Notes: generated by a model from the sequence alone, not told the origin. A DNA stretch of 64,000 nt from Phenylobacterium sp. (GCF_030651185.1 NZ_JAUSCJ010000041.1:93693-157692); one strand, 5' to 3'; counted from the stretch's first letter, positions 28,452 through 38,624 are shown. Numbers and translations: made by a program.

Positions 28452-29062
28452 AGTGTCACCCGCCGTGTCTTCAGCATGCCGTCGATGCTGTCCTGTTCCA
28501 TGTTGGGCTCGTTCGCCTCGCCGACGTCGCCCACCAGATCGTCGCGGCGCCGGCCGACCTGGCCGGCAGGCACGCCCTCGTTCTTGAAGCGGCGATCGGG
28601 ACCCATATAGTTGTCACACTCCACGAACCGCCGGCCTTCGCGGGCGATCCAGAGCACCCGCTCCAGCACCGTGATCGGGGTCAGCGGCTTGGTCATGACG
28701 AAATGGGCGCCGCAGTCGCGGGCCTTCTGCACGGCGTTGCCCGGGGTATGTCCCGCGGTCAGCAACACCGGCACGTAGCAATTGGGTTCGATGCGCGAGC
28801 GGCGCAGCCACCTCACGAAGTCATAGCCCTCGCCGGTCGGCCCCAGCGCGTCGGCCACCACAAGGTCCAGCTCCACCTTGGCCACCAGGCCCTGGGCTTC
28901 TTCCACGTTCTCGGCGCGATGCAGCACCTTGGCGCCGAAGCCGGTGAGGATCTGCACCAGGATGCTCATGCCCATGGTCGACTCCTCGAGGATGAGCACG
29001 GAAGCTCGCTCAAGGTTGAATCGGGCGCGGGAATCGGGACTGAGACCCATGCTGTCCTTCAT
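28448..29062 (-). CDS. CheY-like receiver with Cle-type c-di-GMP-binding Arg-rich tail
   Basis: Receiver fold (LILEE, VVAD, MTKP) followed by YMGPDRR...GRRRDD. Confidence 0.8.
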   Translation of the reverse strand: MKDSMGLSPDSRARFNLERASVLILEESTMGMSILVQILTGFGAKVLHRAENVEEAQGLVAKVELDLVVADALGPTGEGYDFVRWLRRSRIEPNCYVPVLLTAGHTPGNAVQKARDCGAHFVMTKPLTPITVLERVLWIAREGRRFVECDNYMGPDRRFKNEGVPAGQVGRRRDDLVGDVGEANEPNMEQDSIDGMLKTRRVTL

Positions 29063-29195
29063 GCCGGGCCTGGGGTGGATTCCCGTAAGACCCGGACAGT
29101 TCTTATGTTTCGCCGCGAGGCGCGACGGTTTCAGTCTGACCCGAGAGGGTTAAGAACACCTTCCTGTCCGGGGTGCGACAGGGCGCCCCACAGGG

Positions 29196-30701
29196 TCAGC
29201 GGGTGTTCGGCGACCGCAGGTAGATCGGGTTGGTCAAAAGCACCAGCTGGCCGTCGGCGCCGCGCAGGTCGACCCGCAGCCAGCCGGCGATCCCGTCGCT
29301 GATCAGATCGAAGGTGGTCGTCTCGTCGTAGCTGGCCAGGACCGCGTCCGGCAGCTTGGCCAGCCGCGCGGCGGGGCCTGCGAGGCTGAGCTGTCCGCCC
29401 GCCCCGCCGACGATCCGCACGGTCACGCGCACCGTCGTCCCGGCCGGCGCGGCGAGCACATCACCCATCTCGGCGCGCGCGTCGCCGGCCTGCGCCGTGA
29501 CCTCGATCAGGCGATCGCGCGAGCCGCTGATGTCGATGAAGACGTGACCGGCTTGGAGGCCCGCCAGGATCGCGGCCTGGGAAAGATCGGCGCCACGGAC
29601 CACGGTGGTCGGCATGCCCACCGCCGGCGCCTTGCCGGGACCCAGGGTGGCGTCGTGGTTGTCGGACCCGCCGATGGCGGTGATCTGGTGGCCTTCGTTC
29701 AGCCGCGCCTCCCAGAAGGCGATGCCGGAGAACAACCCCTCGGCCTTGCCGCCAGCCAGCGCCAGGGCCCCGCCGTTCACCACCTCCATCACCCCGATCC
29801 GCTCATAGGGCGTGCCCGCCACGGTCCAGCCGCAGCCCATGCAGAGTTCGCCGGACGGCAGGGCCGGGTGATTGATCGAAAACACCCCGCCCGCCGCGCT
29901 CACCGCGTCCAACAGCCTGGCCAGGGTCGGGACGCGAGAGCTCCCCAGCTGGAAGTCCAGGGCCCCGGTGGGCCCGAACACATTGGCGTGGCCCTGGAAG
30001 GTGGTGATCTCGCGGCCGGCGATCAGCAGCAGGTCGTCGTAAAAGGGCGCCAGTTCCCGCAAGGCCCCGTTTTGTGAGGCGGTGTTGTGGTCGGTCACCG
30101 CGATGAAATCGAGCCCCCGCTCCGAGGCGGCCTCCAGGGTCTTGAACACCGGGCACGGAACCTTCAGCCCGCGCCGCGACAGACAGGTCCCGTCGGAATG
30201 GGCGGTGTGCAGGTGCAGGTCGCCGCGATACCAGCCGGGCCCGGCCCTCACCGGCGTGGCCGACAGGCTGGTCGGCGCGTCGCCCGCGCGTTCGAACCAG
30301 ATCTTCGCGCGATAGGCCGCGCGCGTCCCTTTGCGGATATTCGGCGCCCCCAGCACCAGCCGCCAGGTCCCCGCCGGCAACGGCCCGGCCAGGTAGGACG
30401 GCGTCGCCTCGGCGTCGGAGATCGTGAAGCTGGCCTTGTTCCCGCCGCTCCAGCCCCGGAACCGCTGCGGATCGCGAACGCCTAAGTCGATCGTCGCCTT
30501 CTGGTCGCGCCCCGAATAGTCGAAGGCCACCGTGATCGCCGTGACCCCCGCCGGGACCCTGAACGGGACCTCGCGATAGGTCTGGTGATCGGCGCCCGTC
30601 AGCGCGCCGGCGAGGGTGAGGTCGGGCGTTTGCTGCGCCCTCGCAGCAGACCCAAAGACCAGCACCACCAGCATTGTGAGGATGTGAAAGCTGTGCCGCA
30701 T
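29196..30701 (-). CDS. Secreted PHP-fold metallohydrolase (CehA/McbA-like)
   Basis: Signal peptide; GDLHLHTAHSDG, TDHN, INHP, GGSDNH. Confidence 0.85.
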   Translation of the reverse strand: MRHSFHILTMLVVLVFGSAARAQQTPDLTLAGALTGADHQTYREVPFRVPAGVTAITVAFDYSGRDQKATIDLGVRDPQRFRGWSGGNKASFTISDAEATPSYLAGPLPAGTWRLVLGAPNIRKGTRAAYRAKIWFERAGDAPTSLSATPVRAGPGWYRGDLHLHTAHSDGTCLSRRGLKVPCPVFKTLEAASERGLDFIAVTDHNTASQNGALRELAPFYDDLLLIAGREITTFQGHANVFGPTGALDFQLGSSRVPTLARLLDAVSAAGGVFSINHPALPSGELCMGCGWTVAGTPYERIGVMEVVNGGALALAGGKAEGLFSGIAFWEARLNEGHQITAIGGSDNHDATLGPGKAPAVGMPTTVVRGADLSQAAILAGLQAGHVFIDISGSRDRLIEVTAQAGDARAEMGDVLAAPAGTTVRVTVRIVGGAGGQLSLAGPAARLAKLPDAVLASYDETTTFDLISDGIAGWLRVDLRGADGQLVLLTNPIYLRSPNTR

Positions 30702-30714
30702 TCAGAAGGAATAT

Positions 30715-30740
30715 CCACGAACCACACGAACCACACGAAC
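30715..30740. repeat. Solo arm of the CACGAAC MITE-like repeat
   Basis: ccacgaaccacacgaaccacacgaac matches the TIR of 7862-7997. Confidence 0.7.
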
Positions 30741-30763
30741 AAACGGGAGCGTCAGCGGGCTCA

Positions 30764-30908
30764 ATTCCTCCCTCAGCGCGCAGCGCGGTTCGGGGGACGT
30801 GGATCGCAGGCCAGGCCTGCGAGACGGAGGGGGCTCGGCCCGTGGAACCTGCACAGCCCCAGCCCCCTCCACCGCTTCGCGGTCCCCCTCCCCCGGAGGG
30901 GGAGGAAT
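30764..30908. repeat. 145-bp CIR-like palindromic element
   Basis: Near-identical to 20401-20545. Confidence 0.85.
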
Positions 30909-30976
30909 TGGGAAATGCTGCACCCTATCCCCCGCAGCAAAACGCCCTCCCCGGTTTCCCGGGAAGGGCGGAATTG

Positions 30977-31008
30977 CTGCACCTCATGCTGCGCAGCATG
31001 AGGTGCAG
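30977..31008. other. Perfect 32-bp palindrome
   Basis: ctgcacctcatgctgc-gcagcatgaggtgcag, no loop. Confidence 0.9.
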
Positions 31009-31026
31009 TAAGTCGTTGAAACAAAA

Positions 31027-32166
31027 CTAGGCTTCGTTGCCGAAGATCACCGTTCCGGCCGCGGCGAACATGCCGCCGACGCCCTGGCAGACGCTGATCT
31101 TGGCGCCGTCGACCTGGGCGGCCGCGGTGCCGCGCATCTGACGCACGCTCTCCATCAGGGCGTACATCCCGTACATGCCCGAGTGCATGTACGACAGGCC
31201 GCCGCCGTTGGTGTTCATGGGCAGCTTGCCGCCGATGGCGGTGTTGCGCTCACGCACGAAGTCCTTGGCCTCGCCGGGCTTCACGAAGCCCAGGTCCTCC
31301 AGGCCGTACAGCGGCAGGTGGGCGAAGGCGTCGTAGATCATCAGGTGATCGACGTCGGCATGCTTGATGCCGGCTTCCTCGAAGGCCTTCTTGCCCGAGA
31401 CGCGGAACGCCTTGGAGGAGTTGAAGTCCTCCATCTGGCTGACCATCGGGGTTTCCACGCTCTCCCCGGTGCCCAGGACGTAGACCGGCTTGTTGGGGAA
31501 GTCCTTGGCGCGGTCGGCGCTGGTGAGGATCAGGGCCCCGCCACCGTCGGTGACCAGGCAGCACATCAGCATCCGGAACGGCCAGGCGATCATCGGCGAG
31601 TTCAGCACGTCGTCGACGGTGATCGGGTCCTTGAAGGACGAGCGCGGGTTCAGCGCCGCCCATTCCCGCTGGATCACGGCCACCATGGCCAGGTCTTCCT
31701 CGGTCACGCCGTAGGTCTTCATGTAGCGAAGCACCGGGATCGTGAACATGGTCGGCGGGCTGGTGACGCCATAGGGCATCTCGAACTGGCCCATCAGCGA
31801 GCTGGCGTTACGGCCAAAGCCGCCGGCGCCGACCCGTGAGCGGCCCGATTCCCCGTGGGTGATCAGGATGGTCTTGGCCAGGCCCGCATTGATGGCGGCG
31901 GCCGCGTGGCGGACGTGCAGCATGAAGGAGCAGCCACCGACGCTGGTGCCGTCGGCATAGGTCGGCGTGATGCCGAGATACTGGGCCAGTTCGACGGGGC
32001 TGACCCCGGCGGTGGCGACGCCGTCGATGTCCGACGGCTTCAGGCCGGCGTCCTTCATGGCGTTGAGGGCGGCGTCGGCGTGCAGACCCAGGACGGAAAC
32101 GTCCGGAATCTTGCCCATCTTGGTGGTTTCAGCGGCCCCGACGACCGCGACTGATTTCGGTTTCAT
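31027..32166 (-). CDS. Thiolase-like protein (SCP-x/lipid-transfer type)
   Basis: CCLVTDGGGA, YDAF, NTNGGGLSY.HSG. Confidence 0.9.
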   Translation of the reverse strand: MKPKSVAVVGAAETTKMGKIPDVSVLGLHADAALNAMKDAGLKPSDIDGVATAGVSPVELAQYLGITPTYADGTSVGGCSFMLHVRHAAAAINAGLAKTILITHGESGRSRVGAGGFGRNASSLMGQFEMPYGVTSPPTMFTIPVLRYMKTYGVTEEDLAMVAVIQREWAALNPRSSFKDPITVDDVLNSPMIAWPFRMLMCCLVTDGGGALILTSADRAKDFPNKPVYVLGTGESVETPMVSQMEDFNSSKAFRVSGKKAFEEAGIKHADVDHLMIYDAFAHLPLYGLEDLGFVKPGEAKDFVRERNTAIGGKLPMNTNGGGLSYMHSGMYGMYALMESVRQMRGTAAAQVDGAKISVCQGVGGMFAAAGTVIFGNEA

Positions 32167-32174
32167 ATGCGCTC

Positions 32175-32579
32175 TCAGCCCTTCGCCGGTTCGAACAGGG
32201 GAAGGGAAATGTCGTCGGTCTGCTTCTCGAACTTCACCTGGACCTTCATGTCCAGCTGCAGGGCTTCCGGCGTCTGCGGGCAGCCCACGATGTTGGTCAT
32301 CAGGCGAGGACCTTCATCCAGCTCCACCACCGCGATGGAGTGCGGCTCGGTGCCCATGTCGGGGCGCGGGCGGTGGTTGATGACGTAGGAGTAGAGGAAG
32401 CCCTTGCCGCTGGCGGCATAGACCTCGACATCGCGCGATCCGCACTTGGGGCAGAACGGGCGGGGCGGGAAATAGCTGTGGGTGCATTCGGTGCAGCGCT
32501 GCAGGCGCAGTTCGCCGTCCTTGCAACCCTCCCAGAAATGCCGGGTCTCCGGCGTGGGTTCGGGCAACATTCGAGCCAT
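32175..32579 (-). CDS. DUF35 Zn-ribbon/OB-fold protein
   Basis: LQRC..C....FPPR.FCP.C, ELDEGPRLMTNI. Confidence 0.9.
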   Translation of the reverse strand: MARMLPEPTPETRHFWEGCKDGELRLQRCTECTHSYFPPRPFCPKCGSRDVEVYAASGKGFLYSYVINHRPRPDMGTEPHSIAVVELDEGPRLMTNIVGCPQTPEALQLDMKVQVKFEKQTDDISLPLFEPAKG

Positions 32580-32690
32580 ATGAAAAATCGTCCCTGATCA
32601 AATTCGTCTTGGCCCTCAAAACGAGGGCGCTGCAACAAACCCGAGGTTGGCCCGCTTGTCGATTGTTAACGTGGCGGGAAGCTGGACGAT

Positions 32691-32752
32691 CTCTCCTCTC
32701 CCCCTGGGGAAGAGGAGGAGATAGCTGGGGCTCCGGCGAGAACGGGTGAGGA
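32691..32752. repeat. Degenerate CIR-like half element
   Basis: ctcctctccccctggggaagaggag hairpin ... gggtgagg. Confidence 0.55.
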
Positions 32753-32783
32753 ATTCCCGGCCGAAAGGCGATAAACTCTTCCC

Positions 32784-33869
32784 ATGCTTGAAAGCGTGAT
32801 CGCGCAATATGGATGGTCGGCCCTGCTGGCCTTGGCCTTCGCGGCCCACGCCGAGGCCGGCCACACGCCGGCCCGCGTCATCGCCCAGCACCGCGACGGC
32901 TATCTCGTCGCCACCGATGACGGCGAACTGCGCGCCAACCTCTCGGGCCGCCTGCATCACGAGGCCCAGGAGGCCGACCCGCCGTCCGTCGGCGACTGGG
33001 TGGCCCTGGCGCTGAACCCCGCCGACGGCGCGGCCACCATCGAGGCGGTCCTGCCCCGGCGCACGGTGCTCACCCGCCGCGCCGCCGACAGCCTGGGCAA
33101 GCTGCAGGTCATCGCCGCCAATATCGACGTGGTGTTCGTCGTCTCCTCGATGAACGCCGACCTCAATCCGCGCCGGATCGAGCGCTATCTGGCCGCCGCC
33201 TGGCAGAGCGGGGCGCGGCCGGTGGTGGTGCTGACCAAGTCCGACCTCTCCGACGATCCGACAGGTGAGGCCGCCGAAATCGTCGCCCTGGCGGACGGCG
33301 CCCCGGTGCTGCTGGTCTCGGCGCGGGACGGCGTTGGCCTGGCGCCCCTGCTGGCCCAGGTCGCGCCCGGTGAGGTCTGCGTGCTGATCGGCTCGTCCGG
33401 GGTCGGCAAGTCCACCCTGGTCAACGCCTTCCTGGGCGAGGACCGCCTATCGGTGGCGGAGATCCGCGAGGCCGACGACCAGGGCCGCCATACCACCAGC
33501 AGTCGGCAGCTGGTCCTGCTGCCGGGCGGCGCCCTGCTGCTCGACACGCCGGGCATCCGCGAGGTGGGGCTGATCGACGCCGAGGAGGCCGTGAGCGAGG
33601 TCTTCGACGACATCGAGAGCCTGGCCGGCGACTGCCGGTTCAACGACTGCGGCCATACTCACGAACCCGGCTGCGCGATCGCGGCCGCCCTGCAGAGCGG
33701 CGCCCTCGATCCCGGCCGCTGGGCCAACTTCCAGAAGCTCGGGCGGGAATTGGCGGCGGTGGCGCAGAAGGCCGAGCGGATCGCCAAGGCGGCCGAGCGC
33801 CGCCAGTCCGCCGCCCAGGCCAAGACCTACCGCGCCACCAAGCGTGACCACCGGGGCGGCGCCGACTGA
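32784..33869 (+). CDS. rsgA: Ribosome small subunit-dependent GTPase A
   Basis: LTKSD, GSSGVGKST, GRHTT, DTPGIRE, CRFNDCGHTHEPGC zinc finger. Confidence 0.93.
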   Translation: MLESVIAQYGWSALLALAFAAHAEAGHTPARVIAQHRDGYLVATDDGELRANLSGRLHHEAQEADPPSVGDWVALALNPADGAATIEAVLPRRTVLTRRAADSLGKLQVIAANIDVVFVVSSMNADLNPRRIERYLAAAWQSGARPVVVLTKSDLSDDPTGEAAEIVALADGAPVLLVSARDGVGLAPLLAQVAPGEVCVLIGSSGVGKSTLVNAFLGEDRLSVAEIREADDQGRHTTSSRQLVLLPGGALLLDTPGIREVGLIDAEEAVSEVFDDIESLAGDCRFNDCGHTHEPGCAIAAALQSGALDPGRWANFQKLGRELAAVAQKAERIAKAAERRQSAAQAKTYRATKRDHRGGAD

Positions 33870-33911
33870 TCGCGCCGCCATTCCAGAGCACCGCTGCTTT
33901 TCCGCCCCCAT

Positions 33912-34601
33912 CTACGGCGCTGGAAATGCTCCAAACTGCGCCTCGAACGCCGCCAGGCCCGGCGCGCTGAAGGTCACCAGCCGCGTCCCCTGGGTCCGCC
34001 GCGCCCAGCCCAGGTCGTAGATCCGGGTCAGCATGGCGGCCCCCAGCGAGCCGGCCAGGTGGCTGCGGCGCTCGCTCCAGTCCAGGCAAGCCTTGCAAAC
34101 CGGACGGCGACCGCGCGGGAGGGCGTCGGGCTCGATCCCGAAGGCGCGCAGGAAGCCGGTGTCAGGCCCCAGGCTGAGCGCGCCGTCGCGGTCCTCGATC
34201 ACCCCGCGGGCCAGCAGATTGTCCAGCAGGATGACCGCCAGCTCGCCGGCCAGGTGGTCGTAGCAGACCCGTGCCCGGCGCAGGGCGGGCTCCTTCGGTC
34301 CCGGTCGGGTGCGCAGATGGCCGGTGCGGGTGGCCAGGCCCATGAGGGTCTCCAGCAGGGCCGCCACGTCCTCGCCGGCCAGGGCGTAGTAGACACTGCG
34401 TGACTGCTTGACCCTCACCAACAGGCCATCGTCGGTCAGCTTGGCGAGATGCGAACTCGCCGTCGAGGCCGTGATACCGGCCTCCCGCGCCAGTTCGCCA
34501 GCCGTCAGCGCCTGACCGGCGACCAGCGCGGTCAACATGTTGGCCCTTGCCGGGTCCCCCAGCAGGGCGCCGATCCGGGCGATGTCGGGACCGAGTTTCA
34601 T
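33912..34601 (-). CDS. ArsR/SmtB-family regulator
   Basis: LGDPARANML, TASSHLAKL, RVCYDHLAG, CLDWSERR.H. Confidence 0.9.
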   Translation of the reverse strand: MKLGPDIARIGALLGDPARANMLTALVAGQALTAGELAREAGITASTASSHLAKLTDDGLLVRVKQSRSVYYALAGEDVAALLETLMGLATRTGHLRTRPGPKEPALRRARVCYDHLAGELAVILLDNLLARGVIEDRDGALSLGPDTGFLRAFGIEPDALPRGRRPVCKACLDWSERRSHLAGSLGAAMLTRIYDLGWARRTQGTRLVTFSAPGLAAFEAQFGAFPAP

Positions 34602-34714
34602 AGGCTGAGCCTAGCCCCGAACCCCTTCGACGACAATTCGACCGCCATCGAAACATGCCCGCGTCCGGGCGCCCTATGAGAGGGGCCTTATCTACCCTCC
34701 GTGGAGACCGACAC

Positions 34715-35023
34715 GTGACGATCACCTGCCACATCCGCTATGTCATCGACCCCTTCCAGCGCGACGCCTTCGAGGCCTATGCAAGGAACTGGCTGACCAT
34801 CATCCCGGCCTGCGGCGGCGACCTGATCGGCTACTGGCTGCCGCACGAGGGGACCAACGACGTCGCCCACGCCCTGATCTCCTTCCAGAGCCTCGCCGCC
34901 TACGAGGCCTACCGCGCCCGCCTGCGCACCGACCCGGCCGGAGCCGCCAACTTCGCCCTGGCCCAGCAGCAGCGGTTCATCCTGCGGGAGGAGCGGACTT
35001 TTCTCGCCCCGGTGACCGCGTGA
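34715..35023 (+). CDS. NIPSNAP family protein
   Basis: [26 protein letters not shown]. Confidence 0.85.
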   Translation: MTITCHIRYVIDPFQRDAFEAYARNWLTIIPACGGDLIGYWLPHEGTNDVAHALISFQSLAAYEAYRARLRTDPAGAANFALAQQQRFILREERTFLAPVTA

Positions 35024-35364
35024 TCGCCGTCATCTTCGAGGTCCTGCCCCACCCACAGACCCGCGGCGCCTACCTCGACCTCGCCGCTGACCTGCGCCCG
35101 CTGCTGGACGGGATCGACGGCTTTGTCTCCATCGAACGCTTTGAAAGTCTTACCGAACCCGGGAAGCTGCTCTCCCTCTCCTTCTGGCGCGACGAGGCGG
35201 CGGTGGCGCAGTGGCGGGCCCTGGAGCCGCACCGGGGAGCCCAGGCGGCGGGCCGGTCCGGCGTCTTCGCCGACTACCGCCTGCGGGTGGCCGAGGTGCT
35301 GCGCGACTACGGCCTGAATGACCGTACGGAAGCGCCGGCCGATTCCAGGACCCGGCACGGCTAG
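35020..35364 (+). CDS. Antibiotic biosynthesis monooxygenase (ABM) family protein
   Basis: [22 protein letters not shown]. Confidence 0.88.
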   Translation: MIAVIFEVLPHPQTRGAYLDLAADLRPLLDGIDGFVSIERFESLTEPGKLLSLSFWRDEAAVAQWRALEPHRGAQAAGRSGVFADYRLRVAEVLRDYGLNDRTEAPADSRTRHG

Positions 35365-35445
35365 GCCTTGCCTGCCAAGGATTGCGGCCCCATCGTCCTC
35401 CCCTGGACAGCCCGCGAAGACGGGCCGCAAAGGGAGCTTGAGACC

Positions 35446-36984
35446 ATGTACCTGCCCGACCACGCGCGCCTGACGCCCGACAAGCCGGCCCTGATCTCCG
35501 CCGACACCGGCCAGGTGGTGACCTATGCCCAGCTCGACGAGCGGTCGAACCGCGTGGCCCAGTTCCTCTGGGCCCAGGGCCTGCGCCGGGGCGACCACAT
35601 CGCGGTCCTGATGGAGAACAACCTGGCCTTCATGGACCCGGTCTGGGCGGGCTTCCGCTCAGGGCTCTACGTCACCACCATCAACCGCTACCTGCCGCCG
35701 GACGAGGCCGCCTACATCATCGGCGACTGCGGGGCCAAGGCCCTGGTCACCTCCTACGAGAAGCGCGAGCTGGCCCAGGCCCTGGCCGACCTGATCCCCA
35801 ACTGCAGGGTCCGCCTGATGGTGGGCGGCACGATCCCCGGCTGGGAGTCCTACGAGGACGCCCTGGCCGCCGCCTCGCCCGAGCCGCTGGCCCAGGAGTG
35901 GATGGGCGACTCCATGCTCTATTCGTCGGGCACCACCGGGCGGCCCAAGGGCATCCTGCGACCCCTGCCGCAGGTCACGCCGGCCGAGGGTTTCGCGGCC
36001 CGCCAGGCGGTCAACCGCTATGGCCTGACGCCCGACAGCGTCTACCTCTCGCCCGCCCCGCTCTATCACGCCGCCCCGCTGGCCTATGTGCTCAGCGTCC
36101 AGTCCTTCGGCGGCGCGGTGGTGATGATGGAGCGCTTTGACGCCGAGCAAGCCCTTGCGCTGATTGAGAAATACCACGTCACCCACAGCCAGTGGGTGCC
36201 CACCATGTTCGTCCGCATGATGAAGCTTCCGCCGGAGGCCCGCGCCCGCCACGACCTCTCCAGCCATCAGGTCGCCATCCACGCCGCCGCCCCCTGCCCG
36301 GTGGAGGTGAAGCGTCAGATGATCGCGTGGTGGGGGCCGATCCTCTACGAGTACTACGCCGGCACCGAGGGCTCGGGCTCGACCTTCATCACCTCGGAGG
36401 ACTGGCTGGAGCATCCCGGCTCGGTGGGCCGCGCGGCGCTGGGCGTGCTGCACATCTGCGACGAGAACGGCGCCGAACTGCCGGTCGGCGAGACCGGCCT
36501 GGTCTATTTCGAGCGCGAGACCCCGACCTTCGAGTACCACAACGACCCCGGCAAGACCGCCGACGCCCGCCACCCGCAGCACCCCAATTGGAACGCTCTG
36601 GGCGACGTCGGCTATCTCGACGCCGACGGCTATCTCTACCTCACCGACCGCAAGTCCTTCATGATCATCTCCGGCGGGGTGAACATCTATCCGCAGGCCA
36701 TCGAGGACCTGCTGGTGACCCACCCCAAGGTCGCCGACGTGGCGGTGTTCGGCATCCCGCATCCGGAAATGGGCGAGGCGGTGAAGGCCGTGATCGAGCC
36801 GGCGCCGGGCCATGCCCCCAGCGACGAACTGGCGCAGGAGCTGCTGGCCTACGCCAAGGCCCGGCTGGCCCACTACATGGCCCCGCGCTCCATCGACTTC
36901 ATCGAAGAGATGCCGCGCCTGCCCACCGGCAAGCTCTACAAGCGCCTCCTGCGCGACGCCTACTGGCAGGACCGCAAGATCTAG
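35446..36984 (+). CDS. Acyl-CoA synthetase (AMP-forming)
   Basis: YSSGTTGRPKG, EYYAGTE, GDVGYLD, DRK..MIISGGVNIYP, LPTGK. Confidence 0.93.
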   Translation: MYLPDHARLTPDKPALISADTGQVVTYAQLDERSNRVAQFLWAQGLRRGDHIAVLMENNLAFMDPVWAGFRSGLYVTTINRYLPPDEAAYIIGDCGAKALVTSYEKRELAQALADLIPNCRVRLMVGGTIPGWESYEDALAAASPEPLAQEWMGDSMLYSSGTTGRPKGILRPLPQVTPAEGFAARQAVNRYGLTPDSVYLSPAPLYHAAPLAYVLSVQSFGGAVVMMERFDAEQALALIEKYHVTHSQWVPTMFVRMMKLPPEARARHDLSSHQVAIHAAAPCPVEVKRQMIAWWGPILYEYYAGTEGSGSTFITSEDWLEHPGSVGRAALGVLHICDENGAELPVGETGLVYFERETPTFEYHNDPGKTADARHPQHPNWNALGDVGYLDADGYLYLTDRKSFMIISGGVNIYPQAIEDLLVTHPKVADVAVFGIPHPEMGEAVKAVIEPAPGHAPSDELAQELLAYAKARLAHYMAPRSIDFIEEMPRLPTGKLYKRLLRDAYWQDRKI

Positions 36985-37388
36985 ACGGCTGAGCCTTGGG
37001 TCTTCCGCCGTTCGGTAGAGGCGCGCAGTTCCGCCCAGATGGCGTCGTTCATCGCCTCGTCGCGGCCCTCGACCGCAGTCTGTAGGGTGATGAGGGCCGC
37101 GCGCAGGCGGCCGTTCTCCGCGGCCAGGGCCGAGAGCCGGAAGTCGTCCTCGGCATGTTCCGCCGGCGGCGGGGCATAGGCCGCGCCCCGGGCCAGCAGG
37201 GTGCGGAAGGCACGGTTCTCCATCACCAGATGATGGGCCGCGCTATCCCAGTTCTCAGCGGCCAGGCCCATCAGCAGGGCCGAGAGGCCCAGCGCGCTGG
37301 CCCGGTCGACGGGGTTCACATGGGGCGCGGCGTTGGCGGCGACCTTGCCGGCAAGGTCCATGAGGACGGCCGGGACTGAAGGGATCAT
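36981..37388 (-). CDS. Small helical hypothetical protein coupled to the phosphotransferase
   Basis: Start overlaps the phosphotransferase stop; plausible codon use. Confidence 0.65.
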   Translation of the reverse strand: MIPSVPAVLMDLAGKVAANAAPHVNPVDRASALGLSALLMGLAAENWDSAAHHLVMENRAFRTLLARGAAYAPPPAEHAEDDFRLSALAAENGRLRAALITLQTAVEGRDEAMNDAIWAELRASTERRKTQGSAV

Positions 37389-38410
37389 AGCCGCCCCATG
37401 ACTTGCAGAGCCGCCCGGTCCTGGGCGTTGGTCATGGCCCAGGCGGGATAGACCATGATGGGTTCGCGGTTGCCGCCGTCCAGCCAGGCCCTGGCGCTGG
37501 AGACCCAGATCGCCTGGCCCTTCACGCAATTGAACAGGGTCCACCAGTGCAGGGCGGCGGGGTCGGCCGTGAGGCCGCTCGCCCGCTCCCAGATGGCGAC
37601 GGCCTGGTCCTGCGGGACGAGCCCTCCGGCCAGGCCGCGGCCGAAGGTCCAGATGGGATTGAGGCTCCACCCCAGGTCCTCCAGGGGGTCTCCCAGGTGG
37701 GCCATCTCCCAGTCGAGGATGCCGTGGATTTGCCCCTCGGTGTCATAGAGGAAGTTGCCCGTGCGGTAGTCGCCATGCACCACGCCCACCTTCTGGGCCG
37801 GCGGCGGCGGATTGGCGCGCAGCCAGCGGATGGCCGCGCGGATGATTGGCAGGGGCTCGGCCTCGTCGTCGTTGAGGACCCCTTCCCAGTAGGTGAGTTC
37901 GCGGTTCCAGCAGTCGCCCGCCGCGACGGCGGGCATCACGGCGGCGAGGCCGTTGGCGACCGGATCGGCCTTGGCGATCTCGCCGAGGATGGTCCACTTG
38001 CGCTCGGCCAGGCGGGCATGGGTGTCGAGATAGGGGTCGGCCCAGAGCAGGCCGGGGCCGGCCTGGAAGCCGACGATCTCCTCGGCGATGAAGAAGGGAT
38101 GGTCCAGCGGCCCATCGCCCTCCTCCAGCCACAGCATCTCCGGGGCCGGGACGCTGGTTCCGTGGAAGGCGCGATAGGCCTCGAACTCGATCCGGCGCTC
38201 GGTGTCGATCAGGCTGGCGGGGGGATCGCGGCGCAGGATCAGCTTGCGCTCGCGAGCCTGGCCCCCTTGCGTCCAGGACGCCACGAAGCGGTAGGTTTCC
38301 CGCGAGGCGCCACCGGAAATACGCGACAGGTCGCGGACGGCCACGTCGGTGGCCTCCGGCATCTGAACGGCGATATAGGCCGAGATGCGAGGTTCCAGAG
38401 GATGGCTCAC
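37385..38410 (-). CDS. APH/choline-kinase-like phosphotransferase
   Basis: GGASRET, HGDYRTGNFL, LDWEMAHLGDPLEDL; GTG start inferred. Confidence 0.9.
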   Translation of the reverse strand: MSHPLEPRISAYIAVQMPEATDVAVRDLSRISGGASRETYRFVASWTQGGQARERKLILRRDPPASLIDTERRIEFEAYRAFHGTSVPAPEMLWLEEGDGPLDHPFFIAEEIVGFQAGPGLLWADPYLDTHARLAERKWTILGEIAKADPVANGLAAVMPAVAAGDCWNRELTYWEGVLNDDEAEPLPIIRAAIRWLRANPPPPAQKVGVVHGDYRTGNFLYDTEGQIHGILDWEMAHLGDPLEDLGWSLNPIWTFGRGLAGGLVPQDQAVAIWERASGLTADPAALHWWTLFNCVKGQAIWVSSARAWLDGGNREPIMVYPAWAMTNAQDRAALQVMGRL

Positions 38411-38624
38411 CGGTCGCTCGAGGGGCCTTGAGCGACCGTGAGCTGCGAAAATGTCATGTCGGCTGCGCTCATCTTCGACCGGCCGCTTGTCGCCCCTACG
38501 TAAGCTTACGTGAGGGCAGCAATCGACGCTCTCCCTTGTCTTGTTATCTTTGTTCACTTGATACTGCCCTGACACGCGCGGCGGCAATACCGACAACGAT
38601 AACACGCGCCCCGGAGGATGCCCG

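Noticed and set aside
38536-38604. TTGTC..TTGTTA / GACAACGATAAC motifs before 38625 and at about 32656
   Set aside because: Spacing differs between sites; too weak to call an operator
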